A program made the translations under genes and the position numbers. The notes beneath the pieces were generated by a model. It saw nothing but the letters and a program-made list of their open reading frames with translations. It did no database searches and was not told the origin of the DNA. From positions 4,216,001 through 4,280,000 of the forward strand of contig CM102287.1 of NCBI GenBank assembly GCA_046563655.1: 64,000 nt of DNA, read 5' to 3'. Below, in pieces: positions 26,193 to 41,108 of the stretch; within the stretch, counting starts at the first letter, position 1, and every line of letters begins with the position of its first letter. The DNA comes from Yuukianura sp. NJ FZ-2021. Taxonomy: Eukaryota.

Positions 26193-28300
26193 ATGAGTAC
26201 GCGGCCTACAAAGCTGCAAGCGAAGTTTGAGGAGTTGAAGGACAGGATTATGATACGGAAGTTCAGTAGCAAGTTGGGTCTTGGGTCAAAGAAGAATCTA
26301 GCTGAAGATGATGTCACTGGTACCGATACCCCGGGCACGGGTACTAGTGCTACTGGGGTTGGCGATGTTCGTACTGGCACAGCGAGGGAGACAAAGGTAC
26401 TGTCAATACTTACATATTCTTACATGAAACATTATAATAACATGGGTGGATTACGATTACATTCAATTTCGGTAATTGATGAAGTTGATGATTGGTTGTA
26501 ATTTGGATTTCCATTGTGTTTACAGCCGATGGAAATTGGCGAGGGCGAAGGGATAACCGATGTTCAGCTGCCGTCTATTCTTGTTGGCCGAAAAACGGAG
26601 GTGAGCTGTCTGTTACTAACGGTAGTCAACGACGAGTGTATGATATACACTGTATCTTGATCGTTTCTGTTAGATAACCAAGTAATTAATATTTAACTCC
26701 TAGGACGAAGACGATCTTAGTACTAAGAAGTTGGCAAGTGACAGCGGGATTACGCCTGTCAGCTCCAGAGGACCATCCACTAACGTCGGCAAACGGGTAT
26801 CAAACCAAAGAGTTCATTTTTATTACGTGATTCCTGGTCTTTTATTAATAATTGGTTCACTTTTTGCTTAGATCATGGAGCCTCCTGCTAAATTATTCGT
26901 TAGACCAAACGACGACGTTGTTGATTCTACTGTGCAAGCTGGAAAAAACATGCCAGTGTTTTCTGCACGCAACAAAAATACTAACGTAAGACTTGGTTTA
27001 TTTCGGCGGTCAATAAGTTAATTCTAATCACTATTACTAAAGGCATTCTGTTTTATTTACTTGTTTACAGTTTACCAGAGATGTAGGAACCGTTACCACT
27101 CCACTCCCAACTACAGCTTCTACTTCGTCAACTCGCGTTCTGAAGGGGGTGAGATATACACATACAATTCAAGTTTTTTTTTTAGAAATATAACTTAAAA
27201 AATGTATTTCAAGTCCAGATTCTGAAAAGTTCGACTCCAAAGTTACCGGTACCGGTTGAGGTTCATGACGGAATGGCGCAATTACCACTGCTTGGAAAAC
27301 CACTACCACTTGCACTTCCGCATCTCTTTACTTGTGATGACGAAGGAAAGGAACTTCTGGACAACTTACGAGAAGGACTTCGTGAACGTATTACTGCAAA
27401 AAGCCAGCTTCAAACGGAGTTATCGGAAGAACGTAAGTCGAATTCCGGAACTTAAAAGAAAAAGATAAAGTAAAGCGGTCTATTTAAACGATTATCGATT
27501 AATTCTCTCTCCGCTGGTAGGAACAAACTTCAAAGATTTGCTTGCTACTCGAGAATGTGTGTTCCGAAGACAAGCAGAGGAATTGCAATTGAAAAACGAT
27601 CAGCTGAAGGATGCTGAAGCAATTCGGAAAGCCGAGGAAGAAAAAGTGAAAAAGTTGGAAGCCGACAAGACAGAAGTGGCGAAACAGAAACTTTTGGCCG
27701 AAAACACAAATGCTGTGCTGGAACAAGAGGTTATGAAATCACAAATCAAACATCATGAACGCAGTACCTGTGTTTTTTAAAGCATTGTTCTGTTTTTGAC
27801 AGGTTGCTGAATTGCGTCATAAACTTGCTGCTTTGAAAGGAGCACAAGCCGAAGAAATTGATCGTGTCAATGCAGACATGGAGAAGGCACGAGAGTTGGA
27901 CGAGCTAAAGGCAAATCGTTTGTTGCAACAAGAAGAGGCACGGCTCAAGGCTGGATGTAAGGTCAAGGAAGCTACATTTGCTGCTGTCCGTAACCTTGTC
28001 ATGAACACAGAGATTGAGAAGGCACGACGTCAACGTCGCCGCCGTCGTCGTCGTGGATCTCAGCTAGCTTTGGACCCGAACTCTTCAAGATCCAGGGGAA
28101 ATAGTACTCAGTCAGACAGCTCTTCATCGTCCGAACACATGACTGTCATCAAGGCTCCCCCGCTCGCGACTGCTTCATCCGTCAAGACAATGGATTCAAG
28201 GGCACGTTCTGAACCAGTACTTCGCGAATCACGTTCGCCTTCGGCAGTCGCCAATGTTTCGCGTGTTCCGCCTACGAGTATCAAGCGCCTTCAAAAATGA
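26193..28300 (+). CDS. Uncharacterised 8-exon protein: disordered N-terminal half, coiled-coil, poly-Arg tract, Ser-rich tail
   Basis: Exons start at about 26193, 26526, 26704, 26872, 27071, 27219, 27521 and 27803. All have GT-AG boundaries that maintain one open frame ending at TGA 28298-28300. An E/K/A-rich heptad region and RRQRRRRRRR are present. Confidence 0.75.
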
Positions 28301-28874
28301 AAAAAAAAACACCATGGCTCTCAACTCGTAGCACTTCATTACATCAGTTCAATTGCGTAAGTGACATTTATATAAGTGACAAATACATCAGTGGTAATTA
28401 CATCAGTACTACAATTACATCAGTATGCAAATATGTCCAAAGCATTTTGTTTAACATCTTCTAATGAGTTTGGTAGTTTAATTGGTTTGTTAGAAAATAG
28501 AAATTCAAAGTTTAATTAAAAAACTTATTTGCTCAACTTAGACTCCACTTGATCACCTTTGGTGTGCTTACGGTCAATTCGAAATAATTATAGTGTTAAT
28601 ACTCCTAATTAATTTTCCGTTTCAGGCTAATTATGAATTGATTTTTGAATTAGTGACACTGCTGCTTATTGTCACAAGAAGTTTTAACAAAGTTATCGTT
28701 TATTGTCTCAATTTGTGGATTTCAAAAAGGGCGGGAGCAGCTGATGGTTCAAATTTCAGAAAAAGTAAAAAAATAAAAGAAAGATTTGTTTTTGTTTTTT
28801 GCATTTTGCGAAACTTTAATCGATTAATTTGGTGTTAATTTGTTAATTAACGCTTAACTGACAGATTTGTAATA

Positions 28875-31071
28875 ATGGTGATTACGAAGGACACGTATCT
28901 ACCGGAATTCAAGGATCTCGAGGTCGAAGAATGTAACTTGGGAACATCGTATTTACTGGCTGGCGCTTTTCATCTGGGAAAACAATGTGAAGTTGAAAAC
29001 AACGTAAGTAAACGATTTATTAGTAAGTGAGTTTAAGTCAATTAACTGTAAGCGAAAACATAAACTAGGTTTAAGGATTCATATTCCTTCCACTTTGTTT
29101 GCTAATTGTTAACTTGTTGGATTTCTAGGAGTACATGCTGTGTCGACAAGAGTTGAAGGATCCACGGAAGTGTTTAGCCGATGGAAAAGCCGTGACTGCC
29201 TGTACAATGAATTTCTTCCGAGCAGTTAAGAAGAGCTGTGCTCAGGAGTTTACGGATTACGCTACTTGTCTGGACAAATCTAGCCGTGATTACGAAATGC
29301 GTCTGTAAGTTGACCTGTCGTGAACAATTTCTAATTCGTAAATGATTATTGCTCAAGGTGACTACTGAGCAACTTTCCAAGAACACCTTCTGTGCATGTG
29401 CAACGTACTTAAAGTATTATAACTCTGGCTGGTCATGAATCTTGGTTCATCTTACTGAAAAATAGGACACGTTGTTGAAATTAAGGATAAGGAAATAAGG
29501 ATATACCCAATATTCAGCGAACGAAATCCAAATCCTGTGTTTAGTACCAATTAAATGTTGCATTCATGCATTCCACCATTTCTTAAGTACCCCGACCCTC
29601 TAGTACTTAAGGAACTGTGCTACATTGTCAGATGCTTACCAAGAATTCATGAAAATCCTTAGCATAAGTACCCAACAAAACAGCAGTAGGATCAGAGGGA
29701 GGTATCCGATGATTAATTTTATTCGAATCTCAACTCAACTCTCCCTTTCATCATTTCCATCGTATTAGTTTCTAAACCCTTAAAAACGTTTTTATGTCTC
29801 CGCCACAACAATATCTTCCGCCTTCTCAGTTTTCACCAACAACCATTGTTCATTTTGATCCAGTTTTGGACTTGTCACCATTATCAACCCAGACGATATG
29901 TCATTGTCTCTGTGTCTTAACTTCACAAACCTACACAACTTTGATTTATGACGGTCTAAACCTTGTCATTAGCTGAGCTCCTTGTTTTGAAAGGAAAAGT
30001 AGCAAAATATATCTCGAAATGCTTAGCTTTCTTTAATTTTCATTCCACAATTAGCCAAAAGTGTAACACTCTTTTTGTTCCTCCGCACCGACAAGTACTT
30101 TAGTAAGACAATTTTTTTACGAGTGCCAATTAATATTCTCAGAGTACAACTTTACTCTACTTTGCTTAAGTTTGAGTCACGATTTTGGAAATTGGAGTTA
30201 GTACTACAAGTGTGTCTTTCGTCATGAAAGTGATGAAGCAGTTTTGTTGAACCAAATACTGGCAAGTATCATCGTAAATATGCTGCTCAGAGGAAGCACA
30301 ATCATGCGCAGAAATAGACTTAAGGAAGGATCCGTTACACAACTGAGAGACTCTTGAAACGAAAGAAGAGTAAAAGTGTAATAATCACAACAATGAGATT
30401 TTTGACTCGTAAAAACCAATTGTTCTTTGACAGGTTTTGAGTTAAATTTATGACAATCAGATGAAGATACTAAGATTTATGATAACTAAAGTGTAGGCGG
30501 AGGGGTAGGAAGTTCAATTAGCAAACGATTGAAATTGAGGAAGCGATTCAAAAGAGCGCCAGATTTTAGTCACAACTTGACCCAGTTCTCAAAATATTGA
30601 ATGAACTGCTGCGGTGCGGTCATTAGGCTCATGAGACTGTCAGGATTTATGCAACAAGTTATGATTTATGATCCAATTACACTTGATTTTAGGTTAGGTT
30701 AGCCTAACTAACGTAATTTGCTAAGATCGCGACAGATAATGTCAATTCACCCGGAATTGGAACAAAATTTGAATTTTATGATGCTAGATTTTAAGATTGT
30801 TTTTGAAAAGTGTCTGAATTTTGTGTTTTTGAATTTTTGAAGGTGCCGGAACACTCAAGCGATCTTCGATACTTGTATGAAGGAGAAACTCGGTATGGAC
30901 CGACCGCATATTGGATACCACACGGAAGCTAGAGTTCACGATTCGATTCGACCGAAACCGGATCCACCGAAACCGAAATACTTCCCAGGAGCTCTACCGG
31001 ACTTACCGTCGGAGGATATCGAACGAGCAAGGGCTGGACGACACAGTGGACGAGGAATGATGGGTGCCTAG
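28875..31071 (+). CDS. NDUFA8: NADH dehydrogenase (ubiquinone) 1 alpha subcomplex subunit 8
   Basis: Exons 28875-29003, 29129-29304 and 30843-31071 give MVITKDTYLPEFKDLEVEE..LLAGAFHLGKQCEVENNEYMLCRQELKDPRKCLADGKAVTAC..KKSCAQEFTDYATCLD..CRNTQAIFDTCMKEKLG. This has four CX9C-type pairs. Confidence 0.95.
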
Positions 31072-31565
31072 ATTTGGAAAATACTGGCAGTTTTTTCATG
31101 GCGAATGACATGGAGGTCAAAGGTCATGAAGTAAGCAGTGCTCAGAATTCGCCTCGTTTCTCGTAGTAAACTTGTGAGTCAACGCGATTGTAAATCAAAA
31201 CTGTTCAAAGTAGTCAGAAAATACGAAATTAAAAATTTGTTTTAGAGTATATCTGTTTTCGAATCATTTTTTAAAATTCCAAAGTTTCCAAAAAAAAGTT
31301 TTACTTTTTCAAAAGCGAGTCAGGCTTTATTTCAGTAGGAAACTCTTCAACAGTTGCGGGAGTTTGGACACGGGGGTATCAAAAAGTGAGTAAAACTTAA
31401 TAACTTAACAAACTTAACTTAATTAATAGTAGAACTTTAACTTTAACATTGGTCTTAGGATGTCAACGGTGGTGACTGCAACGTCAATCTAAAGATGTCA
31501 ACGGTAACTTCAACGTCAGCTGTATAGCTTGAACGTCAACCTTAGGATGTCACCGTCAACTGACG

Positions 31566-34500
31566 TTACGTTAGGCCAAGCGTCTCCAAGTTGTGGTTGA
31601 TGATCATGTGATGAACGTCTTCAAACACTGTTTGAATGTTATTGGTGTCAGTTGCCGTGGTGTAGTGCCAGTAGCAGTCGCGTTTTGGACGCCACTGAAG
31701 GTGAGAACTGGACATGTCGTGGTGATTCTGCATTGGATGGTGATGTGTCAGCCCAAGCACTGGAGTGAAACTCATCTTACGCGTGGGCGTCACTGGCGTA
31801 GTTTCCTTGGCGTACTGAAAGCACAAAAGAAAAAGTTGAAGGTCAAGAGGTCACGAACTTTTGAGATTTTTGACATAATTGATGTTTTTATGTAATTCAT
31901 GTTTTTATGTAACTAATTCATGTTTTTGTGTGTGTAATAGATGTTTACCCAGAACAAGTCACGGATGAAGGACCGAGTTTTCAAGTACTCGCTGTTTGTG
32001 TTCTCTGGTTGGAGTGGTTCCTTGTGATGATTAATTGAATTGGAGGGAGTGTATGAATAGTAATCTGGAAAGTAATTTCCAATTGACGATCCACCGTGAC
32101 TAGCTGCTGCCTCGACCTTCTTCTTCAGTAAGTCTTGTTTGTTTAGAAAAATTATGAAACCGGAGTCCTGTAGGAATCTAGAAAAAAAGTTAAAACAAAA
32201 CACAAAATTAACACAATTTGTTTCATTTCCAGGTTCGTTTTTGGAGTCTCTGAACTGGGTGGAAGAATGGAAGATTTTGTCTAAAACTTTTTTGTCTTCC
32301 TGTTTTGGAATTTTTGTAAGTTTTTGATTTTTTTTTTTTGTAAAAGTTATACCTGCTACTCCAAACGTCTTTGAAGAGGTTAATTGACTCTTGTAATCTG
32401 TTCAGTTTAGGATCTTCTGCTGTAAACTGGTCATAGACGTTGCAAGCAACGAGGAACAAGATCATGTGAATTCCGTCAAAAACTTGGATCCACTTTCTCC
32501 TCTCTCCGCGCTGACCTCCAACCTTTAAACGGGAAACCATAAGTTTTAGAGTCTTGGACTGTCAAAATCGAATTCAGCATCGAAGAATCTATAGCAATAT
32601 GTAATGTATTTTTTCCAAACATCAAACATCCAGAAATTCTGCACTCCGCCGCCATATTTCTTTGGAACTTTCATCTGGAACTCAATCTTCTGGATATCAG
32701 TGGTCGTCCGACGCGAGTGAAGAATGTCCTACAATAACAAAAAAGTAAGTTTACATTTTGAAAAGTTGTGTTAACTTTACATCAATTCTCTTTTTGGCCA
32801 AATTTTGAAAACTGAAAAGTTGACATCATGTCTTTTTTTGATACAGGTTGACACTTGACAATCATAAAAGCTCTTAGTCAGTCATTTGAGTCATGGAGGC
32901 TACATGGAGCTTACAGCGTCCGGCTTTTTCTGGAGGTTATCTCTGCGCAGGGTCAGAACGCATGCAAACTTGTGTTACATGACATGAGCAGCACAAGTAT
33001 GAGCACTGACCACTTGAGTCGAGGATTAGTATTTGCACAACTGTAGTGCCTGTACTTGTACTTTTTCGTGTTCGCTGACTGACTGACGACGCAATGTTAT
33101 GATATTACTTTGTTAAGTGTCAACTTTATGTCAATTTTCAAAATTTTGACAAAGTTGTAAAATTTCGGAAATTACCTCATCTGATGGGACATAGTCTGGG
33201 TGACCAACCTGGGAAATCCGGTCTAGAAAACTAGATAAAAAAAATTGTAAATTAGAAATTGTCAGTTTTTGACTTTTTGAATTTAAGTTTAACCTTAAGC
33301 TAAAGTTTAGTTAGCTAATCTCGCGGTGTGATTAGTAGAGATTAACCTTTGCGCAAACTTGTGACAATGAGGATTTAAGGCTACGTGTGGGCGTCGCAAA
33401 TTTTAGATAAACTGGTCCAAGCGAGATTAATCAAGAGCAGGAAAAACGTTGGCGAATTTCGCAAATTTGTCACGGACATGTTTTGGAACAAATTAAAGTA
33501 GGAACTTCCCGCAAGGCAAGTTAGGAAATGTTTTGATTCGTCAATTTGCGAAACCGGAACATGCTAAATTTGGCGGAACCGTAACATAGTACTAAAAATT
33601 TGCAATTTAGGCAGACTTACTATTTAGCACAGTCTGGTAGTTGGAAGGAATGACCCCGTTCGTAGCTAGCTTGTACCCCTGGATCCTCCCATATGTTTTT
33701 GACATGCTCAAAGAATTCTGGAGTGTACTGGAACTTGTCTTGGTCCAGGTCAAGGTTACGAATGTAATTGATACTGGACGAAGTAAATTTATTGCCCAGC
33801 GGAATTTCAAATCTGGTCATTTCGCGAACGATTATAACGATACATTCCAGGACGTTGGTTCGAATCTCGCGAGCTTTTTCCAATCGTTCTCTAAAAAAAG
33901 AGCGTCAATTAGCATTAGCCTTATGAAAATTTAATTAATTCAATTATAATTTAATTAATATTAATTCCACTACAATTTAATTAATTTTAATTTAATTATA
34001 ATTTAACTAATTTTAATTTAATTCTAAAGTCATAGGTTATGGATGTCACGTGATCAAATTTGACATTGAGTGGCAGCACAAAGTCACTGTTGACGCAATT
34101 GAGTGACTGACAGTGAATTGTAAATTTTAATTTTTACAAAAAAAAAAAACGTGTATTTTTAGAAAATTTTTGGTCACGTGGGTACAAGATGCAACTGTCA
34201 GCCCTACTTCAACCGGAAACACTTTTTAATGCAACTGGGTCGCACTAATTAGAAACTTTGACACTTAGAAAGTTACGACTTTTTTGAAAACAGAAAAGTT
34301 AAAACTTATGTCAAAATTTTGAAATTTCTCATCCAAATGTGTTTCTTTCAGAGGTCGAGGTTATAAAAGGTCAAAATTTTAAATTTTGAAAATATCAAAG
34401 TTTTTTAGAGAGTCCATTTCAAAAGTTTTTTGTCTTTGTAACTTACGCTGGTGTGAATCCTTGAAAGTGCAAAATTTTCATTTGTTTGATAATTGTTGTT

Positions 34501-35100
34501 TTTCCAGACTCTCCAGCTCCTGTGAATGGAAAAAACCGTCGCTAAATTAAAAATCTGGACCAAGCTGGACTAATTTTTTGCAAAACTGCAAATTGGCACA
34601 CACAAAAAACTTTTTGACAACAATAGACATGACGACATCAGTTCCAGTGTAGCCTTCAAAGGATTATCACCAAGGTACGAAAATACCGGAACTTTTTGCA
34701 ACATTGCGAAAAAGTTGCGAAAAAAAAATTCCGATACAGATTAAGTTATTGTGAGGTTTACCGAGAAGCAGAATTTTGATTGCTTTGTTGTACGATTTCA
34801 TCCAAATTGCCAATTTTTTTTCTAGGTCAACCGAAGCCCTGCGTTCAGGAGTTCCAAGCAGCTTCGGTTTAAAACAGCCCAAGATCTACAAAAGTCAATG
34901 TACCGAGGTCAGAGGTCAGATTTCCAAAATCTTAAAACTTGAATTTCAAAATTTTGAAAATTTCATTCTTGAATGTTATGTTAAAAACTTACTTTGTGAA
35001 CTTTTGAAGGCATTTTGCGCAAGCCCTTTGGATTGTTCGTGAAATCCGGGAGTTCTGGAAGATCTTGGGCACCAGAAGACGATCTTTGCAAGGAAATCAT
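31566..35100 (-). CDS. Galphaf: Heterotrimeric G-protein alpha subunit, G(f)/Gs-related
   Basis: Nine exons. Motifs: KILLLGAGESGKTT (G1), DILHSRRTTTDI (G2), MFDVGGQRGERRKWIQVF (G3), IFLNKQDLL (G4) and HYTTATDT (G5). The subfamily call rests on the Gs-like NKQD and RRKWIQ motifs; the f subtype is less certain than the G-alpha call. Confidence 0.88.
32847..33124. mobile_element. Possible small TIR element in a G-alpha intron
   Basis: 14/15-bp inverted ends GTTGACACTTGACAA...TTGTTAAGTGTCAAC enclose a GC-richer interior. No TSD was found. Confidence 0.35.
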
Positions 35101-37496
35101 GGGAAACGGAATGTCAAGAAGTCACTTTTTCTGAAGATGCTGTCCAGCACAAGTTATGTAACAAGTTAATTGTAACTTTAACTGTGATTAGTTAACTGTA
35201 TTTCAGTTAGTTAACAGCAGTACATGTTCGTTTGAAGTCGACACCTCCTCACCTGATACTGGGCTGATAATCAGTGTGAGTCGCTACTAAATCCTCTTCA
35301 AAACTGCCAACGTTTGGAGAGGCAAAATCAGGAGACCCAGCACTCTTTAGGAATAAATTGTGGGGAGCCTAATTGTAATTTGACATGGAAATGGACACAT
35401 TCAATTCACTCCCACGTTCAATACATTCTGCACAACTTTTTAGAGTGTATAGACGCTTTGTTTGCAAATTTAACACAAGTTTGCAAGTCCAAAGTTTGAT
35501 AGACTCAGAGTTCTCCCTCTCTTGAGCTAAAGAATGCTCACAAGCACTGAATGAGTTTGCAAATTAATATTTGCAAATCGGGCGTTAATTTTTTAGCAAA
35601 AGTTAAGTGTTTAACACAAGTTAAGTTTTAGCAATGATGATTGATGATGCTGTTGAGGTGTTTTAGTGGTGATTGAATCAGTGAAGCTAAAAATATTCAG
35701 TTTATGATTAACGCTTGTATTTTTCCAATTTGCAAAAATTTTGTGAATGTGCGAATTATCTAATTTGGGGAAAAGTGGTTTCCGGTGGAACAGTCCTCAA
35801 CCAACCTCAAAAACGTAAAAGTAAGGAAGGGGAAAGGAGGAAGGAAGTTTTTTGCAAGTTTGTGGAAAAAAGTTTTGATTTTTGCAAATTACGAACTTTA
35901 TGCTGTAAATTGTGTAAACAAAAATCCCAGCTTACTTACGGGTACAAAGGGTGAGAGGGAGGATTTAGATTTACTCGTGACAGAACTGAAAAAATGCGTA
36001 GTTGAAATTGCGAATTCATTTTCATGCAATTTTGCAAATTTTGAGAATTGAGTTGCAGGAAAGTTCGTTGTATTATTTTTGCAAGTTTGTGCTGGATCCT
36101 TAATTTTCGCAAGTTAATTGTTTTCTCAGCACGAATGGCAAATAAGGGAGAGTCTATTTCTAGCATGTGCAAAAAATTTTTTGCAAACGACAAATGACTC
36201 TCTAGTTGAATCCGGAAAAGTTGCAAATTATTCGAAAATTGCACTTTGAAACAATGCTTCGTAAAGGTGTAACATTGGTCTTTTGCATAGCAATTTTTTT
36301 CTGAACTCGGTTTTCTCTCAGCACTGGACTTGCAAAAATTAAAAATTGCAAGTAAAGGTCAAAAAGTCAAAGTCATAAAAATTGTTACACGTCAGAATTG
36401 CACATGATTCAGACCAAATTTTTGCAAACCGGTGAATCAAGTGTCATTCCTCAAATTAGGAAATTTCAAATCCAAAGGTTCTCTGTGTGGTTGACCACGC
36501 CGCTGCGTGACAAGTTAGTGCTAAAATGATTCATTTGCAAACACGAATTCGCAAATAGGAGATTTGCAAAAAAAAAATTGCAAAGGGATTTGCAAATTTC
36601 CGGAACCACTTCTGTCCAGTGAGTCTCTCTCTTTTCTGTTCTTGAGTGGAACGACATTGACCATGACTTCATCATTGCCCATTCTAAACCTTTTGAAGAG
36701 CCTACTTGAACGAATGAAGAGCTCTTCTAAGTTAACGTAGTAGCTAGATGTGCATTAATTTTGCAAATGATTTTGCATGTGCCAATTTTCTATTCAAGCA
36801 CTATGTAGTTCTCATGTCCTTGGAAATCTGATCTGGACATACCCACTTCTGATGCTAATCATGCCCACTATCTGTGCAAAAAACTTGCAATTTTAATAGG
36901 CAATTGACGAAAGAGTTTTTGTATCGGAATTTAAACTGTTAGGAGATGGTCTATTGTAAACTTTAACTCATATGATGTTGCTATACTATGCCTTTATTTG
37001 GTTGATGATTGTGCAAAAAGTTTTTGCAAACTTTTTTTTTGCACTGTTTGATAAGTACTATACAAGTATGTACTACAAGTAACTAAGCGATTTGGATTCC
37101 CAAGGTTTGTCCAGCAGAAAACCAAACTAGGCGATTATAGTTAACACTAAATATTGGCTAGACAGCTGATAATCGCAATTCGCAAATTTTGAATTTGCAA
37201 TTTTTGCACATTGTTCATTCTAAACATAACAGTCAGACTGTAGTCACTAATTCACTGTTTGCTGGCCAATATTTCCAGTTCCATTTTGTGCAAATATTTT
37301 TTTGCAACTTTGTCTTGAGTGAATTTTTTTTGCGAATTAAGTTTCATAAGCACAGGCTGTTGGGTACCATTTTGCCTTTGGTGGAATACTTTTTTTTTTT
37401 TTTTAAAAAACGAAGTTTGAACATTTTCAAAATAACCTAGATGGAAATACTCCAACTTTTGAAATTTTGTTAGTTTGAACGAATTAAAGTGCAAAA

Positions 37497-39598
<2,102 letters not shown>

Positions 39599-39921
39599 CA
39601 CTTTGCTTTTTCGAAATTTCAAAATTTTTAAAATTCCAACTCTCAATTGTTCAGATTTTTTAAAGTAAAGTTTAATCCGACTCATTTCTGCTAAAATTTC
39701 AAATTCTATTTCTTTTTTGTTGTTTTCTTTTTTAGTTTTGTTTCCAAAAATAAGCCTTGTTTGAACAGGAGGGAAACAGAAAGAGCAAATACTAAAAATA
39801 GCACGCTTCTTGCTAAAATTTTTAAAAAAACAGAACATGTTCTGTTCAAAATTCAAACCAAACTTGAAACTTTTTCTTAACCTTGATGATTTACAGCTGC
39901 AGAAGTGAGTGTGTCGACAGC

Positions 39922-40849
39922 ATGTTTTGGATTTTGGTACAATTTTCGCCAAGGTTGGCCAAATTTCGCTTAGAACACAAATTTCAACTCGTCGTTGTCA
40001 ATATTTTGACTTTGGTTTTCGCTACTTTTACGGAAGGTAAGTTAAAATGCTAAAATTTTAACTAAAAGTTAAGTTAGTGAGTTATGTTATGTTAGCGTTG
40101 AAGTTTCACATTTTTCATTTGATCTTTGACCTCAGGGAGAAGATGCTACGTGTGTTCAACTGCGTTTGAATTGGATCAGAAGGACTGTCTCTACAATGTT
40201 GAAAATTTAACGGAAAGCTGGAACAACATTAGCGTCGTTTACTGCCAAAATTATTGTACGATACGGAGACAAGAGTATTCTGACTTTCCAGGTACACCGA
40301 AAATTGGTTCTTGACCTTGTGACCTTTCGATCTGCGACGTTTCGATTGTTGACCTTTTGACATTTTGGCCTTTCGATTTTTTGAGCTTTCGACCTTTTGA
40401 CCTAGGTGGGATCAACTACTTTAACAGAAGTTGTGAAGATGAGAAACTGGATGAAGTCATAATCGGTGACTACTTCATAACTTACTTGCGCTCTTGTCGT
40501 AGTGACCTCTGCAATTCTGGAAACGGAATCCAAAGTAAGCTCAAACTTCAAACTTCACATTTTGTGAAATTTCGGTTTTTAAATTTTGATTTTCATACCC
40601 CAAATTGTAAAATTTTGCAAACTTTAGTGTTACCTAAATTCAGAATAATCGGATTTCTTCGGTTTTTTCTCTACAGGCCTCAAAGATATGCCAGAAGATG
40701 AGTTCAAATGGCCAGTGGCCACTGTTCACCATGCAGAAACTGCTGACCCCAACATCAGTGCTCATCGTGACCTTGACCCCTTGACCTTTTCATTCTTATT
40801 CTTAAACACTTTAATCTCCGTAGTACAAAGCATGGAAATCTTTTTGTAG
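39922..40849 (+). CDS. Ly6/three-finger (quiver/sleepless-like) protein, probably GPI-anchored, copy A
   Basis: Exons 39922-40036, 40136-40291, 40406-40534 and 40677-40849. Hydrophobic leader, then CYVC..C..CQNYCTIRRQE..RSC..RSCRSDLCN, then a hydrophobic C-terminus. Confidence 0.8.
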
Positions 40850-41108
40850 ACTCTGATGGATTAAATTTTTCAGTTAATTTTCTAATTTCAGAACTTTGGA
40901 TTCTGTAAAAACGTTAATTTTCCAAAAGTTATCTTTGGTTTAGATACAGATGCAATCACATGCGTCAGTTTTCTCTTATCATTAACCCCGTAGCATTGAC
41001 TTGATTAGATAAAACTACAATTTTCACTTTTGCAAAGTTATTTGCAAACTGAATTTGCCAATTTTTGGTATTGTTTAGTTAGGAAACTGCAAAAAATCTT
41101 AATTCAAC

